Below are positions 35,197 to 36,920 of a stretch of DNA of 36,920 nt, piece after piece. Positions within the stretch are counted from its first letter, which is position 1; the number at the start of each line of letters is the position of its first letter. The DNA is from Candidatus Undinarchaeales archaeon (GTDB taxonomy: Archaea; SpSt-1190; JASMDC01), in assembly GCA_030753015.1 (NCBI GenBank), contig JASMDC010000034.1:240-37159 (forward strand), given 5' to 3'. Position numbers and translations under genes: made by a program. The notes below the pieces were generated by a model that worked only from the letters and a program-made list of their open reading frames with translations, did no database searches and had not been told where the DNA came from.

Positions 35197-36920
35197 GTGA
35201 AACGGGCCTCGAGGCTTGTCGTGGTCATGGTTGTCGCGGCACTCCTCTACATACTCCCAGAGATCTTGCGAGAGCTCTTCCTTGGAACGTACGGTTTCGT
35301 TGGCTGGCCAACCTATTACCACACACGGATCGCCCGACTCATCGTCAACGAGCAGGCCTTCCCTGAGTATGACGAGCAGTCCTTCGGCGGAAGACCCTGG
35401 TCCTATCCACCAGGATTCCCATCGCTCCTCGCTGTAGTGGCCATCGTTAATGGGTGGGAACCAAGCTTATCGGTCATCATCGTCCCCCCGATCATCGGAG
35501 CGGTCTCCATCGCTCTCGTCTATGCCATCGCCCGACGGGTCGGTGTACCCCCTCTGTTAGCAGCAGTGATATTTTCCATCAGCCCACCTCAGGTGTACTC
35601 TGCCAGTCACTCGATGTCACGTATCCTTCCCGTGTTCGAGACCTACGCTCTCCTCCTCCTGCTCCTCTGCTATCTACGCTCGCGCCGGACCGCGTACTTG
35701 GCCCTCTCTGTCCTCTGTCTCGCTACGACCTGGGGATCGCATCTTGCGGTTAGCCTCTACGCCTGTATCCTTGCAGCTGGTCTCCTCTACGAGGGGGGGT
35801 GCCGTCGTTCGGAAGCCCTTCTGCTCTTCGCAGGATCCTTCCTCCTCGTAGGTTTCTGGTATGTGCATATCTACACGACGCTCGGTATACCTGAGGAGAA
35901 CGCGTTCCACCAGAACTTCGGCGACCTGACAGCCTACTTTCCCGACCTGATCTTCGAGTTGCGGCTAACGTCCTTGAGCCTTCTTGTGTATGCTGCATCC
36001 CTCCTTGCTATCCCCATCCTCTCCCGTAGCCCCGAGGGGAGAGCTGTGGCGTGGTGGATGTTCGTGACCCTCGTGTTCGTAATGGTCGTGGGGAATCGAG
36101 AGAACATTCACCTCGCGATGCCGTTCTCGCTTGCCGCATCCGTTGTATTGCGCAAGCTCCCGCGACGTCTCATGGTCCCTATACTTGTCCTCTTGTTGTA
36201 CTATGCGTGGAACCAGACTGCGTTCATGGCGATCCTCCCCCCAAACACACCCATACTGGACGCGATGCGCTGGCTCGGCAACAATACCCCCCCGGACGCT
36301 GTCGTGCTCTCTGAGTGGTCGAAAGGCCATTGGATTGCGACAGTAGCTGGTCGACAGAACGTCATGGACTTCTTCGCTGAGTACGTGGACCATGCCGACG
36401 AGGTCTGGTGGGATACGCGCATAATCTTCCAGGGTGATAACGTTACCAAGTCCATGGGATTACTGGCCAAGTACAATGTCAGTCACATCCTCATCGACTC
36501 ACCGATGCGTCAGTGGGAGTTGTGGGGATGGGAGAAGTACGGTCTGCTCTCTTACGTCAATGATACGGAGGAGTTCAACCTTGTGTACAACAACACCTAC
36601 GCTCAGGTGTACGAGGTGCACAACACATCACCTCCCATCGAGGTCCATATCCCCAAGTTGGAGCGACAACAGAACATTTTCACAAGCCTGTCCCGTGTGC
36701 TCCCTGTGTTGGCGCTCGTTGTGGCGGGTGGTGTGTGGTGGAGCGGAACCCTCTCTACCGCTGCTCTCTCGTTGTTGATGCTTCTTATCGCGCTCCCATT
36801 CCATATCTATCCCATCGCGGCCAACGTCGCTCCTCTCGGATGGGACGCTGCGTTCCACCAACGGCTGACATCACTCCTCGGGAGCCAGGCAAACCTCCCC
36901 GTGTTCGATCCGCTCTCGAC
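35197..36920 (+). CDS. GT-C/STT3(AglB)-like polytopic membrane glycosyltransferase, apparently tandem-duplicated, 3'-truncated (not in the ORF track)
   Basis: Manual translation from GTG 35197 has no stop to the window end: GWPTYYHTRIA...YDEQSFGGRPWSYPPGF, many TM helices, AMRWLGNNTPPDAVVLSEWSKGHWI...KYNVSHILI, then a second GWDAAFHQRL...PVFDPLS. Confidence 0.8.
   Translation, partial: MKRASRLVVVMVVAALLYILPEILRELFLGTYGFVGWPTYYHTRIARLIVNEQAFPEYDEQSFGGRPWSYPPGFPSLLAVVAIVNGWEPSLSVIIVPPIIGAVSIALVYAIARRVGVPPLLAAVIFSISPPQVYSASHSMSRILPVFETYALLLLLLCYLRSRRTAYLALSVLCLATTWGSHLAVSLYACILAAGLLYEGGCRRSEALLLFAGSFLLVGFWYVHIYTTLGIPEENAFHQNFGDLTAYFPDLIFELRLTSLSLLVYAASLLAIPILSRSPEGRAVAWWMFVTLVFVMVVGNRENIHLAMPFSLAASVVLRKLPRRLMVPILVLLLYYAWNQTAFMAILPPNTPILDAMRWLGNNTPPDAVVLSEWSKGHWIATVAGRQNVMDFFAEYVDHADEVWWDTRIIFQGDNVTKSMGLLAKYNVSHILIDSPMRQWELWGWEKYGLLSYVNDTEEFNLVYNNTYAQVYEVHNTSPPIEVHIPKLERQQNIFTSLSRVLPVLALVVAGGVWWSGTLSTAALSLLMLLIALPFHIYPIAANVAPLGWDAAFHQRLTSLLGSQANLPVFDPLS

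Overview
A ~60% GC archaeal chromosomal window. Archaeal origin is supported by rpoH/Rpo5, Elp3, FwdB/FwdD, Fae, an archaeosortase-type C-terminal signal, and TATA boxes about 22-25 nt upstream of many start codons; the lineage cannot be fixed from sequence alone. It holds about 37 protein genes and no recognisable rRNA, tRNA, CRISPR array or mobile element. In order: a 5'-truncated >2,070-aa mosaic surface protein; a two-gene operon encoding a DapA-family aldolase fused to formaldehyde-activating enzyme (Fae) plus a 418-aa unknown protein; a tandem pair of 170-aa paralogues with duplicated promoters; an SGNH hydrolase, a 4-OT tautomerase and an aldehyde-dehydrogenase homologue lacking its catalytic residues; an elp3 / CBS-HPF / SAP-fused rpoH operon; RDD and sppA; a psd / PmtA-like methyltransferase / pssA lipid head-group operon; fwdD-fwdB; an M42 / C45 / LysX-like / M20 peptide-processing cluster; a 570-bp gap with a 40-aa micro-ORF, a cloverleaf-like RNA candidate and palindromes; amrS, an MBL hydrolase, a stand-alone zinc-hook protein, a membrane-anchored wHTH protein, SpoIIM and a Ca2+/Na+ antiporter; and a 3'-truncated tandem GT-C/STT3-like gene missing from the ORF track. 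The best candidates for undescribed biology are the DapA-Fae fusion operon (possible pyruvate/formaldehyde aldol link to H4MPT C1 metabolism), the SAP-Rpo5 fusion, and a putative archaetidylcholine methylation operon. All family calls come from motif recognition by eye; no searches were run.
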